DNA of 64,000 bases, taken from the IMG/VR virus record IMGVR_UViG_3300028920_000064, positions 13,441 to 77,440 of that record; one strand, written 5' to 3'. The notes under the pieces were generated by a model. The model was not told where the DNA came from. It did no database searches and saw only the letters and a program-made list of their open reading frames with translations. The stretch's first letter is position 1. Every line of letters starts with the position of its first letter. Below are positions 1 to 10,500 of this stretch, piece after piece. Both the position numbers and the translations under genes were made by a program. The stretch comes from a virus.

Positions 1-2
1 GC

Positions 3-1892
3 CGGTTTGTTCTTGCTCTCTACAACAGTGAATTGGCCCCAGGTACTCATTTCCATCTTCACCCTGTCCTCATTGCCTGTCTCTTCAAAACGGATCTTCT
101 CCGTCCGGACAATGGTGGGAGCCTTTTGTACGACCTCATATTTCTCATCGTCATCCAGTGCGGCCAGGTCAACCCCAAGCTCCATGGCCCTTTCACTTGT
201 GATCTTCCTCATCTTGTACCGGTGGATGAGAACACCGTAATCTGCTTTCTCTTTCCATGCAGATGACCCCTTGATATCATACAATGAGGGCATCTTGTAG
301 TTCTGCCCCGTCATCTCAATTTTCCTGGGATGTACAATAACATTGCCGAATACGTCCCAGTAATCGTTAAAATCAATCAGCTTATCCAGCTGCTCACTGA
401 TAAAGGCTGTCTCGCTCTGCCATTTTGGTTGCTGATGTTCAATCTTATTCCAGGCATCGACCACATATCCGAAAATGTTCTCTGTCTTTTTCAGATAGAT
501 CAAGTACCTCTCAATAGCATCCAAAGTATTCACCTTACTTGGATCCACCTTGCCCCCAAAACTCTCGTAGTTCAGTTTATCCGGAGATATTACAAAGAAA
601 TGCCTTTCTACAAAATTCATCGCCTTGCGATACATCTCATCGGTCATGCTGTTCTTCTGCCCCTTCCGGATGCTCATACCGGTTAATGACTCTGCGATCT
701 TGGCATACTCCCTGGCTACTGGCCTGTTCTCAGGGGTAAACATCGCCCACTTTGCGTTGAGATCCGTGTTGTGCTGAATGAATTTAGTCAACCACCATCT
801 CGTCCATACACTCTTCCCGGATCCAGGAACACCCGTGGTAAACTGGATGAGCTTCGGCTTTACGGTAAAAAGGTTGTCTACTTCCGGTACACCGATACCA
901 TATCCAGGAACAAAACCATCATTGCGAATCTTTTCCAGGTCCTCACGTACATGAGAGGCTTTGACAACACCTTTGATGGGAACTGATGAGGCATTAGCTA
1001 TACAGTCTGCGACACCCTTCTTCCCCAATGCCGGCAGTTTTTTTTCCTCATTACCCATGAACACCTCATTGATATCCTTGTATCCATTAGGATATCTGAT
1101 GATCCTACACTTTTCCTTCCCCAGGATCATGGCCAGATGCCCCCTCAGCTTCACCCCGGGAGGATCTGCATCCACCGACAGGTAGAAAATATCGATATCC
1201 TTCAAAACGCTCAGGACATATTTGTCCTGCAGATAGGCGAACTCTTTATCAAAGTTCTTACTGTTCAACGATGGTGCGCCCTGCGGTACGGAAACTGTAT
1301 TGTTGTACCCACACTCTTTGTAGGTCAACATATCCCACTCACCCTCCGTTACAATCAATGTGTTATTCCTAAATCGGTTACCGCTATCATCGTGGGTCCG
1401 GATGTCTTGCAAACCAAAAGGGATGATCCTTGTGCCTAAATCCTTGTTCAGCTGTGTCCACTTCGGGTATTTCGATCCTTTCTTCCAATCCAGGTCCAGG
1501 AACTTGACATTGACCAGGGTGAGATTCATAAAGTATGGAAATCCCAGGATCGTTGCCGGACCCCTCTGTGATTCGTATAACTTGGCTCTTTTTGCGGTGT
1601 TCAATGAAATACCTCGTTTTTTGAGATATTCTCTCACCTTCAATGTGAACTGCTTCTGCTGTGATGGAATCTTGCTTTTCTCTCTCACCTGCTCATATCG
1701 ATCCTGAGCATCCAGGTTTCCAGACCATCCACAATGATGACATTTATACCACCTGTTCCCCGGCTCATCATTTACCGTCAGGCATCTTGCCCCTTTATGC
1801 TTCTCCCTTTTATCATCGCATTCAGGACAAATAGTGGCATACCTTGACTGCCCAGCCCTTGTCTGGATCCCGAGATCTTCAAACTGCATCAT
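3..1892 (-). CDS. Twinkle/T7 gp4-like bifunctional primase-helicase (3' end runs off window; missing from ORF track)
   Basis: Manual translation from ATG 1892 gives Zn ribbon CPEC...CHHCGWSG, TOPRIM motif LIVTEGEWD...VSVPQGA, Walker A TGVPGSGKS (~811-837), VDAWNKIE, and PSLYDIKGSSAWKEKAD. ATGA overlap with the upstream gene. Confidence 0.92.
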   Translation of the reverse strand, partial: MMQFEDLGIQTRAGQSRYATICPECDDKREKHKGARCLTVNDEPGNRWYKCHHCGWSGNLDAQDRYEQVREKSKIPSQQKQFTLKVREYLKKRGISLNTAKRAKLYESQRGPATILGFPYFMNLTLVNVKFLDLDWKKGSKYPKWTQLNKDLGTRIIPFGLQDIRTHDDSGNRFRNNTLIVTEGEWDMLTYKECGYNNTVSVPQGAPSLNSKNFDKEFAYLQDKYVLSVLKDIDIFYLSVDADPPGVKLRGHLAMILGKEKCRIIRYPNGYKDINEVFMGNEEKKLPALGKKGVADCIANASSVPIKGVVKASHVREDLEKIRNDGFVPGYGIGVPEVDNLFTVKPKLIQFTTGVPGSGKSVWTRWWLTKFIQHNTDLNAKWAMFTPENRPVAREYAKIAESLTGMSIRKGQKNSMTDEMYRKAMNFVERHFFVISPDKLNYESFGGKVDPSKVNTLDAIERYLIYLKKTENIFGYVVDAWNKIEHQQPKWQSETAFISEQLDKLIDFNDYWDVFGNVIVHPRKIEMTGQNYKMPSLYDIKGSSAWKEKADYGVLIHRYKMRKITSERAMELGVDLAALDDDEKYEVVQKAPTIVRTEKIRFEETGNEDRVKMEMSTWGQFTVVESKNKP

Positions 1893-2218
1893 GGAAGTAG
1901 GGCCTCGCTTTTTTCGTTACGCACAATGAACTTAGGGCCCATGCCCTCAAGATCTGCAAAAGGATAACAGAAATCCAATTCCGTCATCAGCTGGCCATTC
2001 TTGTACCCTGGTCGGCACTTGTTGGCAATAGTGCTTTCAGCCAAGCCGGTAAGATCTGCATATTGTCTGATTGTCCAGACATTGTGACGAAGCATATCCC
2101 TTATCAACTCCCGATCCTCATTTGGGATCTCATGCTTGTTCATAACTCTGACCTCCAGCTCTTCATCTTTCTTGATGAGCCTTATCGATGACTTGATTAA
2201 TCCAATTTTCTCGCTCAT
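1889..2218 (-). CDS. Small helix-turn-helix DNA-binding protein
   Basis: HTH-like WTIRQYADLTGLAESTIANK. Start re-called at ATG 2218 (ATGA overlap with the upstream stop). Confidence 0.7.
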   Translation of the reverse strand: MSEKIGLIKSSIRLIKKDEELEVRVMNKHEIPNEDRELIRDMLRHNVWTIRQYADLTGLAESTIANKCRPGYKNGQLMTELDFCYPFADLEGMGPKFIVRNEKSEALLP

Positions 2219-2649
2219 AGTCTCCAAAGTATTAAGCCTACACCCAACAGAAGGGCTATCAATCGTGGCCATATAAACGAGTTGGCGTGTAAATGATTTC
2301 TGAATATCCATCTTTCTATCCGATCAGTCATCTTTACTGTGCCGATATAAGTAAAGGGATAACCGGCTGAAAGGTTATGGATTGGATTGAAGATCGCATA
2401 CCTGATGCAAAGCCAGGCAATGATGACATGAACAAATAAATATCTCCAAAAATGCCATCCATCTGCATAGTAGGGTTTGAGATCAAGATTGTCATTAACC
2501 AGCAAAGGCCAAAACAGGACAAGTGCGGGGATCCCCATCAGTTTTACAAACTCAATTGCTGCTGCAATCTTCTTCATGCCTCTATGGGCAAGGCCCTCAT
2601 GCACTGCTTCCAGCACGGTGAAGAACAAAATAATTGATAATAGTATCAT
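2215..2649 (-). CDS. Multi-pass membrane protein, unknown function
   Basis: About four hydrophobic segments. Start moved to ATG 2649 because the GTG at 2670 overlaps the -7 promoter box. Confidence 0.7.
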   Translation of the reverse strand: MILLSIILFFTVLEAVHEGLAHRGMKKIAAAIEFVKLMGIPALVLFWPLLVNDNLDLKPYYADGWHFWRYLFVHVIIAWLCIRYAIFNPIHNLSAGYPFTYIGTVKMTDRIERWIFRNHLHANSFIWPRLIALLLGVGLILWRL

Positions 2650-2669
2650 TTCGTAAATGTTTGTTTTCA

Positions 2670-2700
2670 CAAATGTATTTATAATATTTCTTTAAACAAA
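2670..2700 (-). promoter_or_regulatory. Bacteroidota primary-sigma promoter (TTTG-N19-TACATTTG)
   Basis: Exact match to the -33 TTTG / -7 TAnnTTTG consensus with a 19-nt spacer, directly after a terminator. Confidence 0.8.
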
Positions 2701-2711
2701 TTATTTTGCAC

Positions 2712-2740
2712 AAAAAAAGGGGATCCACTGGACCCCCCTT
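2712..2740 (-). terminator. Intrinsic terminator after the lysis cassette
   Basis: AAGGGGGGTCC-AGT-GGATCCCC-TTTTTTT on the minus strand. Confidence 0.85.
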
Positions 2741-2760
2741 GACCGCTTTACTTGGATGTG

Positions 2761-3501
2761 TTAGCCGCCTACAGCTAAAGCAGCAATAATAGCCAGGAAT
2801 ACACCTGAAACTATTTGCCAAAAGGTTTTACCCCGCTGCTTCTTATTGATCTGCTCATCTTGGATATCGATAATCTGATCTTTGTTTATAATCACACTAT
2901 CAAGATCAAGCCTGCTTTCTTCCATCAGCAACATTGCTGATTTCTGCTCATAGAGGACTGTATCCTTCAAGTCCAGCTGGTAGTCCTTCTCATCGATCTG
3001 AGAAAGGAGATTTGTGTTTATCTCATCCAACTTAATATTCTCCAAAAAGGTAAGATGGATCCCCTTCACCTGTGGCTCATTAAAAGGATACTTCAAATGA
3101 CCTGGGTACGGATACGCCTCGGTCACCAGGAAGTCATAACTTGTGTCCGCCGGTATAGTCAGTAGGCTATCGGACAAACTCTGAAATTCGGCCTGCAAAA
3201 CGCTGTAATCATATTCCAGATCATCAGCCCTCATAACCGATGCTCCCAGGCTATCCCTCAACTCTTCGATCCTCTGATCTTTTAAGAGTAAAAGACTATC
3301 CCTTTCCTTCACATCAGCTTGCAGGATATCGTTCTGGATGTTAAGGCCGGTGATTCGCTCCACCATAATCTCAAGGTCGGATCGCTCACAGCCATTCCGG
3401 ACTAAAGAGAGGATAAAGAATATGATCACGATCAAGAGAGCAACGGTCTTGATCCTGCTCAGATTATCCCCTATCCAGTCTATGATCTTGCCGAAGGTCA
3501 T
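2761..3501 (-). CDS. Putative spanin-like coiled-coil membrane protein
   Basis: N-terminal hydrophobic stretch ending ...LVRNGC, long coiled coil, C-terminal hydrophobic helix. Last gene of the lysis cluster. Confidence 0.55.
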   Translation of the reverse strand: MTFGKIIDWIGDNLSRIKTVALLIVIIFFILSLVRNGCERSDLEIMVERITGLNIQNDILQADVKERDSLLLLKDQRIEELRDSLGASVMRADDLEYDYSVLQAEFQSLSDSLLTIPADTSYDFLVTEAYPYPGHLKYPFNEPQVKGIHLTFLENIKLDEINTNLLSQIDEKDYQLDLKDTVLYEQKSAMLLMEESRLDLDSVIINKDQIIDIQDEQINKKQRGKTFWQIVSGVFLAIIAALAVGG

Positions 3502-3737
3502 TACTGTTCCGGCTTTGCGAGTGCCCCTTCAGAGTTCTCGAACAGGTTCTTCGATAGGTATGCAAGCAAGGCGGTCACGGCCACGATACCCATGGATTTG
3601 AAAAACTCCCCGTCAAATACCGGTGGGCCGGCCTGTAGAACCTCATAGAGAAATGTGACCAGGGATGTCAGAACGGCCATCAATAGACCTTTCAGAAAAT
3701 CTCTCAGGTTCAGCTTAAACAATTTTGATCGTTCCAT
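3501..3737 (-). CDS. Putative holin
   Basis: 78 aa with two TM helices and charged termini, next to the endolysin. Confidence 0.7.
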   Translation of the reverse strand: MERSKLFKLNLRDFLKGLLMAVLTSLVTFLYEVLQAGPPVFDGEFFKSMGIVAVTALLAYLSKNLFENSEGALAKPEQ

Positions 3738-3766
3738 AATAAGTGTTTTTGGGTGAATAATACTTG

Positions 3767-3774
3767 CTAAGTTA
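3767..3774 (-). promoter_or_regulatory. Candidate variant -7 promoter box TAACTTAG
   Basis: Intergenic. The same or similar octamer recurs at 49723, 54187, 60683 and 61785. Confidence 0.45.
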
Positions 3775-3785
3775 TAAAATTCTAA

Positions 3786-4217
3786 TCACTTAATCTCTAA
3801 AGTTATATCCTCGCCGTGACGAATAGCATCCAGCATCTTCTCAATAATTATCATTTCATACTCGGTGCTGTTGATCACTTTCCCCTTCACTTTGTTCTCT
3901 CCTGGCAATATACAGCCGGCAGAATCCTCTGCGGTGTTGCCACGGTGGATGCGGATCCCCAGGAAGTGTTTGACATTCTTTACCAGTGGCAAAAGCCTTT
4001 GAAATTTGGGTGACATGGTGAGGTCCACCTCATATTTGCCATAAGGGATTGCAGTCATGCCGTACACCTTCCCTTCCCCGGGATCATTCAGATCACCATC
4101 CCGGTTTAGATCCCTCACTTTGTCCTCTATGGTGTCGCATAGATAAATACCATTGATAAAAAGTGATCCAATGGTGTAGTTCTCTCCTAAAAAACGTCTT
4201 TCAAGTCTTAGTTTCAT
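3786..4217 (-). CDS. DUF5675-family putative endolysin
   Basis: MKLRLERR...YTIGSLFING...AIPYGKY...IRIHRGNT..DSAGCILPG is the typical DUF5675 H/C motif. Lysis-cluster context. Confidence 0.85.
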   Translation of the reverse strand: MKLRLERRFLGENYTIGSLFINGIYLCDTIEDKVRDLNRDGDLNDPGEGKVYGMTAIPYGKYEVDLTMSPKFQRLLPLVKNVKHFLGIRIHRGNTAEDSAGCILPGENKVKGKVINSTEYEMIIIEKMLDAIRHGEDITLEIK

Positions 4218-4579
4218 GGTTTTACAAATTTGATAAGTTCAGATATCCAATTATTTTGAAAGGCTGCCATAACGATAGCTTGCAAGCCAAGAAGAAGCAC
4301 TATCCCGATGAACGCTGTAAGTTTTGGACGCTTGCCCATTAAATTCAGGGCCCTGGTTGTGCGTATGCTTGGCTGTAGCTCTTTAAGCGTTTTTGCACAG
4401 GTCTCCTCCCGTTTATTGCAACTGCCTGCAATTTTCACGATAGCTATTTCATTTTTCCGGATCCGAGTATTCTGTTCCTTCACCGTTTTGTGAATATCAT
4501 TCATCTTGTTGCTCAGCCTTTCTTCCTGGCTGGTCATCAAGGTGATGATTGGTTGTAGATCTTCTATTTCTAAAGACAT
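4214..4579 (-). CDS. Coiled-coil protein with C-terminal TM helix (holin/antiholin-like)
   Basis: N-terminal coiled coil, single TM (AFIGIVLLLGLQAIVMAAF), ATGA overlap with the endolysin. Confidence 0.5.
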   Translation of the reverse strand: MSLEIEDLQPIITLMTSQEERLSNKMNDIHKTVKEQNTRIRKNEIAIVKIAGSCNKREETCAKTLKELQPSIRTTRALNLMGKRPKLTAFIGIVLLLGLQAIVMAAFQNNWISELIKFVKP

Positions 4580-4594
4580 TCCACTGCTTTTAAA

Positions 4595-7500
4595 TTATTG
4601 GCCCCTTTGCGCTCTCTCTATTGCCTTTAATTCTGCTGCTTCCTTATTAAAATCCCTTGGCCTTCCGGTTTCGGGGTCAATTGATTCCTCAAGTGCTTTC
4701 CTCAAATCTGCCGCCACCTGTAAAACTATTGCCCCCTGCTGATCCTTTAGTGCGTTATCGGCTTGAACATTCTGGTCGAAATACCCATTCAATACATTCC
4801 TGAAAGCCGCATAGTGGCCCTCGTATCTGAGGTGCGGGTATCTCTTATACAAATTTATTAAATATTGCACATCAACAGATCCGTAAATCTGAGGATCCTT
4901 GTACAATCCTGTGTCATCCAGCTGCAGGGCCACTCTCCGGTTAGGCTCTCCCATTATTGGGGCGTATTCAAATGCGCCTATGGGATATTCAGCATAAGTG
5001 GAGAACTGCGAGAATAGGAAAGCATCCAACATCCTTGCGTCAATAAAGGGATTGTCCTCTGACCGCCAGGTGACATAATCTGATCCTTCCTGTATCATTC
5101 TGGAAAACTTGCTTGCATTTTGGGTTTCCCTGGACACAATGGCCACATCCCTCTCCTCTGGGGGAATGATATGCTTCTGTCGGTAAAGATCATAGTTTGT
5201 GGCCCAATTGATAAATCCTGAGAACCCACTGGTCACACCGCTTACGCTGTATGGATTCAGGTTCTGAATTGCTGACCACCAGAAGCCATCGCCAAAAGCG
5301 TCTTTGTCCTTCAATATAACACGGTCCATACCTCTTTGTGCAATAGATCCTATACGTCCCAGTTCAAAAGGCTTTGGCACGATGATCCATCCACGACCAA
5401 AAGGATTGGGAAGCCTGTAAAATCCATCTCTCAGGTAATTGGGATGAGTCAAATACTCTTCTTTCTCATCATCTGATATCCATGGTGCCCAGGCTATCAG
5501 CATTGAGTTCATAATAGAGGGCATGATGGAGAATAGTGCAAGATGTCCCAAGAACCGTCCCGGGCTCTTCTTTGCTACCCTCACAATCTTCTCAACGCCT
5601 CTGACAGCGGCGCTGGTGAATATCATAAACTTATTCAACTCACGCACAACTGTTCCTGCTGCAGCAAAATCCATGAGATCCCTTGCGATAAACGCTGCCC
5701 TGGCTGATGCCTCAACGTGGGATAGCCCATATTTCTTAATCCCCTCCTGGTAGGCTGACATATACTGCAATCTACGAGTAGGGCGTTCGCTCATGTTTAG
5801 CTGCTTCCTGGCAAACTGGAAACCTTTCCCCACCAGGGTATATGTCGTACCTGGCCGGCCTCTTTTCTTGGCCTGTAGCATATACTGATGATGAGGCAGC
5901 TTGCTTTCTTTTCTTGCATTGATGCCGACAATCTGTTTACGTGGGACAAATCCGAACTGGCCACCACCATACCTTTCAAAGCCGTTATCTGCATCCTTAT
6001 TGGGTAGCAGGTGCCAAGGTCTTGAATATCTTTTTGCAGTGCCAATCACTGACCACTGAAGAAGGTCTCGGATCATGTTCCTGTTCACAAAACGAACTGA
6101 CCTGGTAATCGCCTTGCGTAATAACTGAGGGGCAAAAGAGATAATCTTCATTGCAAGACCATCCTCTGAAGATATAAGGTCCTTCCAGTTATTGTATAGG
6201 TATTTATCCCCAAATACAAGGAACCTTTTTTCTCCGTTTTGGTAAAAAGCTATGCTGTTAGGTTCTGCTTTTTTGGAAACCCATGCGATCTCACCCTGCT
6301 TCACAACCTCTCCCTCATACATATCCCTGCCAACCCAATCTCTTTCAAACACATCGGCAAAGGTTTGAACCGTGTAGTTCATGTCCCCCACATCGATCAC
6401 GTTTATCCAGGACCTGATAAGGTTGGACACTGGGTTATCAATGGGCCTGTCGCTTCCTTTAAAGGGAAATACGACATCCCTGGGGAGTAATCCTTTCCCG
6501 GATGGCCTTCTGTTTTCTTCAAACTCAAGATCCTTGCCGGCCACCATGTCTGCAGGCTCAATAGCCTGAAGCCTGTTCATGCCCACATAGTCCAGGTTCT
6601 CGTTCTGTATAAGATCCTTGGTGTACTCAGAGATCAAGCCGGCCTGGTAAGCATAGTTGGACCATTGCTTGCTGATCTCTCTATATATTCGCCAAAACTC
6701 GGTGATACCTTCAAAAAGCTCCGGATTATTTGCCTTAACCTCTTCAAACTCTTTGAGTGTTTCAACAGCGATATCATAATCTCTTTGTCCGGATTGAGCA
6801 GCACCTGTTATAACTATGTTGGTGAAATCATAACGCCCCTCCTCGCCTTTCGGGTCGATCCAAACCTTCTCCGGATCCAGCTTACCCTCATCGATGCGGG
6901 TAAGGATATCATTTATCTTCCCCTGCCACATTTCTATGATATGGGGATGCTGTGCCAATAGCTTCAGTGGTGGTAGCCGATCCTCTGTGTTTTCCAAATC
7001 AAACCTGATCAATCTTGCCTGGTATTTCTTTGGCAATTCAACAGCCCTTTGAGCAATGCCATACTTCATAGCTTCAACTACATTGGCCTCGTATTCAGCG
7101 TCTGAATGCCCGGGGATAGCTTCGTACATTGAATCAAAAATCAATGGCCGGCCCGTTTTTGAATCGTAAATAGGGGTCCCATCAAGATCCATCACGCCCC
7201 TTTTCATAAGATTTTCCAACTTAACATCGATGCCCAGGTGGTTCCTGGCCATGATCTCAAAGTTTCTCAGTGGAGACAGTTGATTGGGATCATGGATATC
7301 CTTAATTCCTTTCTGCTTCGCTGCGTATTTGAAAGCCTCAACAAGTGGGTCAAGGAAGTACCATATCCTCCTTCCCATCTTATCAAATATGGTTACTTTG
7401 AACTGGCCCTGCTCGTTTTCCCTGTTCCATTCAGTTTTTTGCCTTCCCTCTGTGGGATCCAGGCGAACATTGGCCAATAACTGATCCCCGGCTGAGGATC

Positions 7501-10500
7501 CGTAAAGAGTCCTGATATCCTTACCGAACTGAACCAGACCATCCCATACCTTTTTCTCTGGCATAAGCTGTGATGAGAACCATTTGTAAGTGGTGGGGAA
7601 CCTTTTCTCTGCTTCATTTGGGTTCACAAGCCATGCCCGGGTAAACTCAGCCATGCCCTCAGCCATCTTGTATCTCTCTGGATTCTTATGCCCCCGGGGA
7701 GGCTTGCTTCCAAATTCCCAAAGATCTCTCAGTTCTGATTTGAGTTCAGAGTAAATAGGGTAAGCCTTGGGGCCAAGCAATCCATACTTGTCATCAAGGT
7801 AGTGGCCTATCTCATGTGCCGCTGTATCCTCATCACCAAACCTCTTGATACCCATCTTACCAGTGGTGGGATCATACGCTCCTGCCGCCCTTCTGGTGGA
7901 TGGCCTACGGGTATATTGAATTTTCTTTCCAATAGCATTGGAAACATCGTCCTGGATCTCCCACAGCTTCTTCGGGCTTTTCCCTTTCTCCGGAGTTATT
8001 GGGTCAGGTGCCACTCGGCCTTTGGTGGTCCTGTATATCATGCCAATTGGCTCATTATGGGGATTGGATAACCCTCCCCTGTCCACTGCTCCGGTACGTG
8101 GCGGTGCGCCATACTCGTCCATAGTGTTTGAGGCATCGGTCTGGTCCATGGCTCTTTGCACTTGCTTGCTGCTTGATTCAATGGTCAGCTTGAACCGTTC
8201 GTCAAGAACATTCAGTAAAGGCTGTAGTGCATCCTCATTGAACTTTGCTACCATGCGATCATTTTTCTGCTCAAACAGGCCATAGTCCACAATAGACTTG
8301 ATCACCTCGTTAGCATAATACTTGGATCCGCGCTTGGTAGAGGCGGGAACCCTCAACTCATATAGCTGTGGAGAGCTGTAAGTCAGCTTCTTTATCAACA
8401 CATCCTTCGACATATCCTCAACCATGTCGTATGGAGCCAGGGCCTTGATGATGCTGGCAGCTTTCTTTATAGGTATCCTGGCCGTATTCTCAGTATCATT
8501 GATCCAGTTCTCAGGCATCAGTATACCTCTTTCAAGGCTACCGTCAGCCATGGAGAATTTAATCAATCGACCTTTCTTAAACTTAGTCATCCCTTGAAGG
8601 ATGTTTCCGGTCACGATATACCTTTTCTCCCTGGTCCTTTTCTTTTTGATATCATCCCAGGTGTCGAGTATTTCCTGTGACTCCCTGGTTCCAAGATGGT
8701 AGCTGTTTCCCCTGATGGCATCCAGGTGTACGCTTTTACTGACAGGTATCCTGAACATCCTGCGGCTATCAGTGGTAGCAAATTTCAACAACACATTGCT
8801 CGGGACCCAGGGGTTGTCCTTCTTCATGTTCACATCATAACCGATAAACACTCCTTTGTTCATGCGAACCATGTCCAGCTGATCATCCTCAGTGAATGGG
8901 ATCTCCAATCCTCTTCCGGGATAGAAGAAATCGAAATAGGATTTGAACTTTGATTTATGCAAAAGCGCAACAGATCTCAGCGTATCGATGCGATCCGCTT
9001 CACGCTGATCAATCTCGTTCTTTTTTAACTCATATTCCCGGGACTTCTCCTCCGGTGTCAATCCCGACTTCTCCTCTATCTTCTTTTTCTGTAAGGTCCT
9101 GGCCTCATTGGAGCTTTCTGTAACTTTTGCAATCTGCTTGGCCAGCTGCTCATCGATCCCCTTATCCATGGCTGCCCTCATTTCCTCAACATGATTATCC
9201 GGAACCTCATCCAGCTTTTCCATCAACTGCTCTCGGGTAAAAGGCTTCCTGGTCACATTGACATCTGATTTATTCAATACAGTGTCATCGCCAAAATATG
9301 AATATCCTCCTTCGCCATCAATAGAAACTTCACTCTCCACAAACTCGGCATCCAAGGACTCATTGGTCACCATCAAATCGTTGGTGCCGGTGCTGTTCAG
9401 ATAGTCTATCTCTTGCAGGTATCTCTCCTCTACCTCGTTCTTAAACTCCTCCTGTAGTTCAGAGGGGAGAATTTGTATCCTTCCGGATACTCGGTGTGCT
9501 GCATCCTGCTTGTTGGGATCCTTGCCTCCAATATTCAGGGGATCACCTATCAGCTGATTGATTTGCGGATTATCTTTCAGATACTCATATACCACATTGT
9601 CACCATACTTGTTCAGGAAATCAACAACATCCGCCAGGCTCTTGCTCTGCTTCTGATTTCCGGATGTGTTGGCATCAAGTGATTTCAGCTTCTTGGCATT
9701 CATCATAAAGTTCCTCAACTCTGCTGGGAGCGTTGAGGTAGCGATATTGTAAATCGGCTTATTCAGCTGATCTGCCCGATAAACCCTACCGAACAGCTGA
9801 ACCACCACATTGATATCGAAATCGTTTTGCAGTGTCCACATGGTCCTTTGACTCACATCGTCAAAGTCTGGCGATGAGTGCATGGAGATACCAGTAGATC
9901 CTGCCTTATTTACAATGGCCGCCACCCCTGGATTGTTGTTAAACCTGGCCACGGCCTTGATCTTATCTCCCCTGTCATTCGTTACCCAGGTTCCCTTGGT
10001 CTCGTCTGCATTCATCTCAAACATACTGCCACGGCCAGTAATTTCAACTACCTCAAACCCTGCATCTGTGATTCCTTTTTTCAATACATCGATGGGAGAT
10101 ATAGGTATGCCGGTTGACATCCTTTGGATGTTTTCCATCATGGTATAATATCGATCTCTTCCGGTGGGTGTGAGATCCTCCGGTTCAAGCATCTTCTTGA
10201 GATCGTTGCCCTGCTCGTCTTTCTCGGTATATTTCATTACCGTATCCATCCCCCTCTTCAGGACATAGGAGAAATCCAAGTCTATAGTTTCCCCCTTTTT
10301 CAGTTCATCGTTATTAAACATATCCAGGAAGATGCTCTCCATGGTGCTTTTTAAAGCGATAACCGGTTTCCGGCCTGCTTTCAAATCCTCAACGATCATT
10401 GGTATGGCCTCTCTCACCTTCACTGATAGTAATAGCTGATCGATGACATTCCATATACGGCTGAAGTATGGCTGATTTGATATACCTGCCTGGCTTGTGC

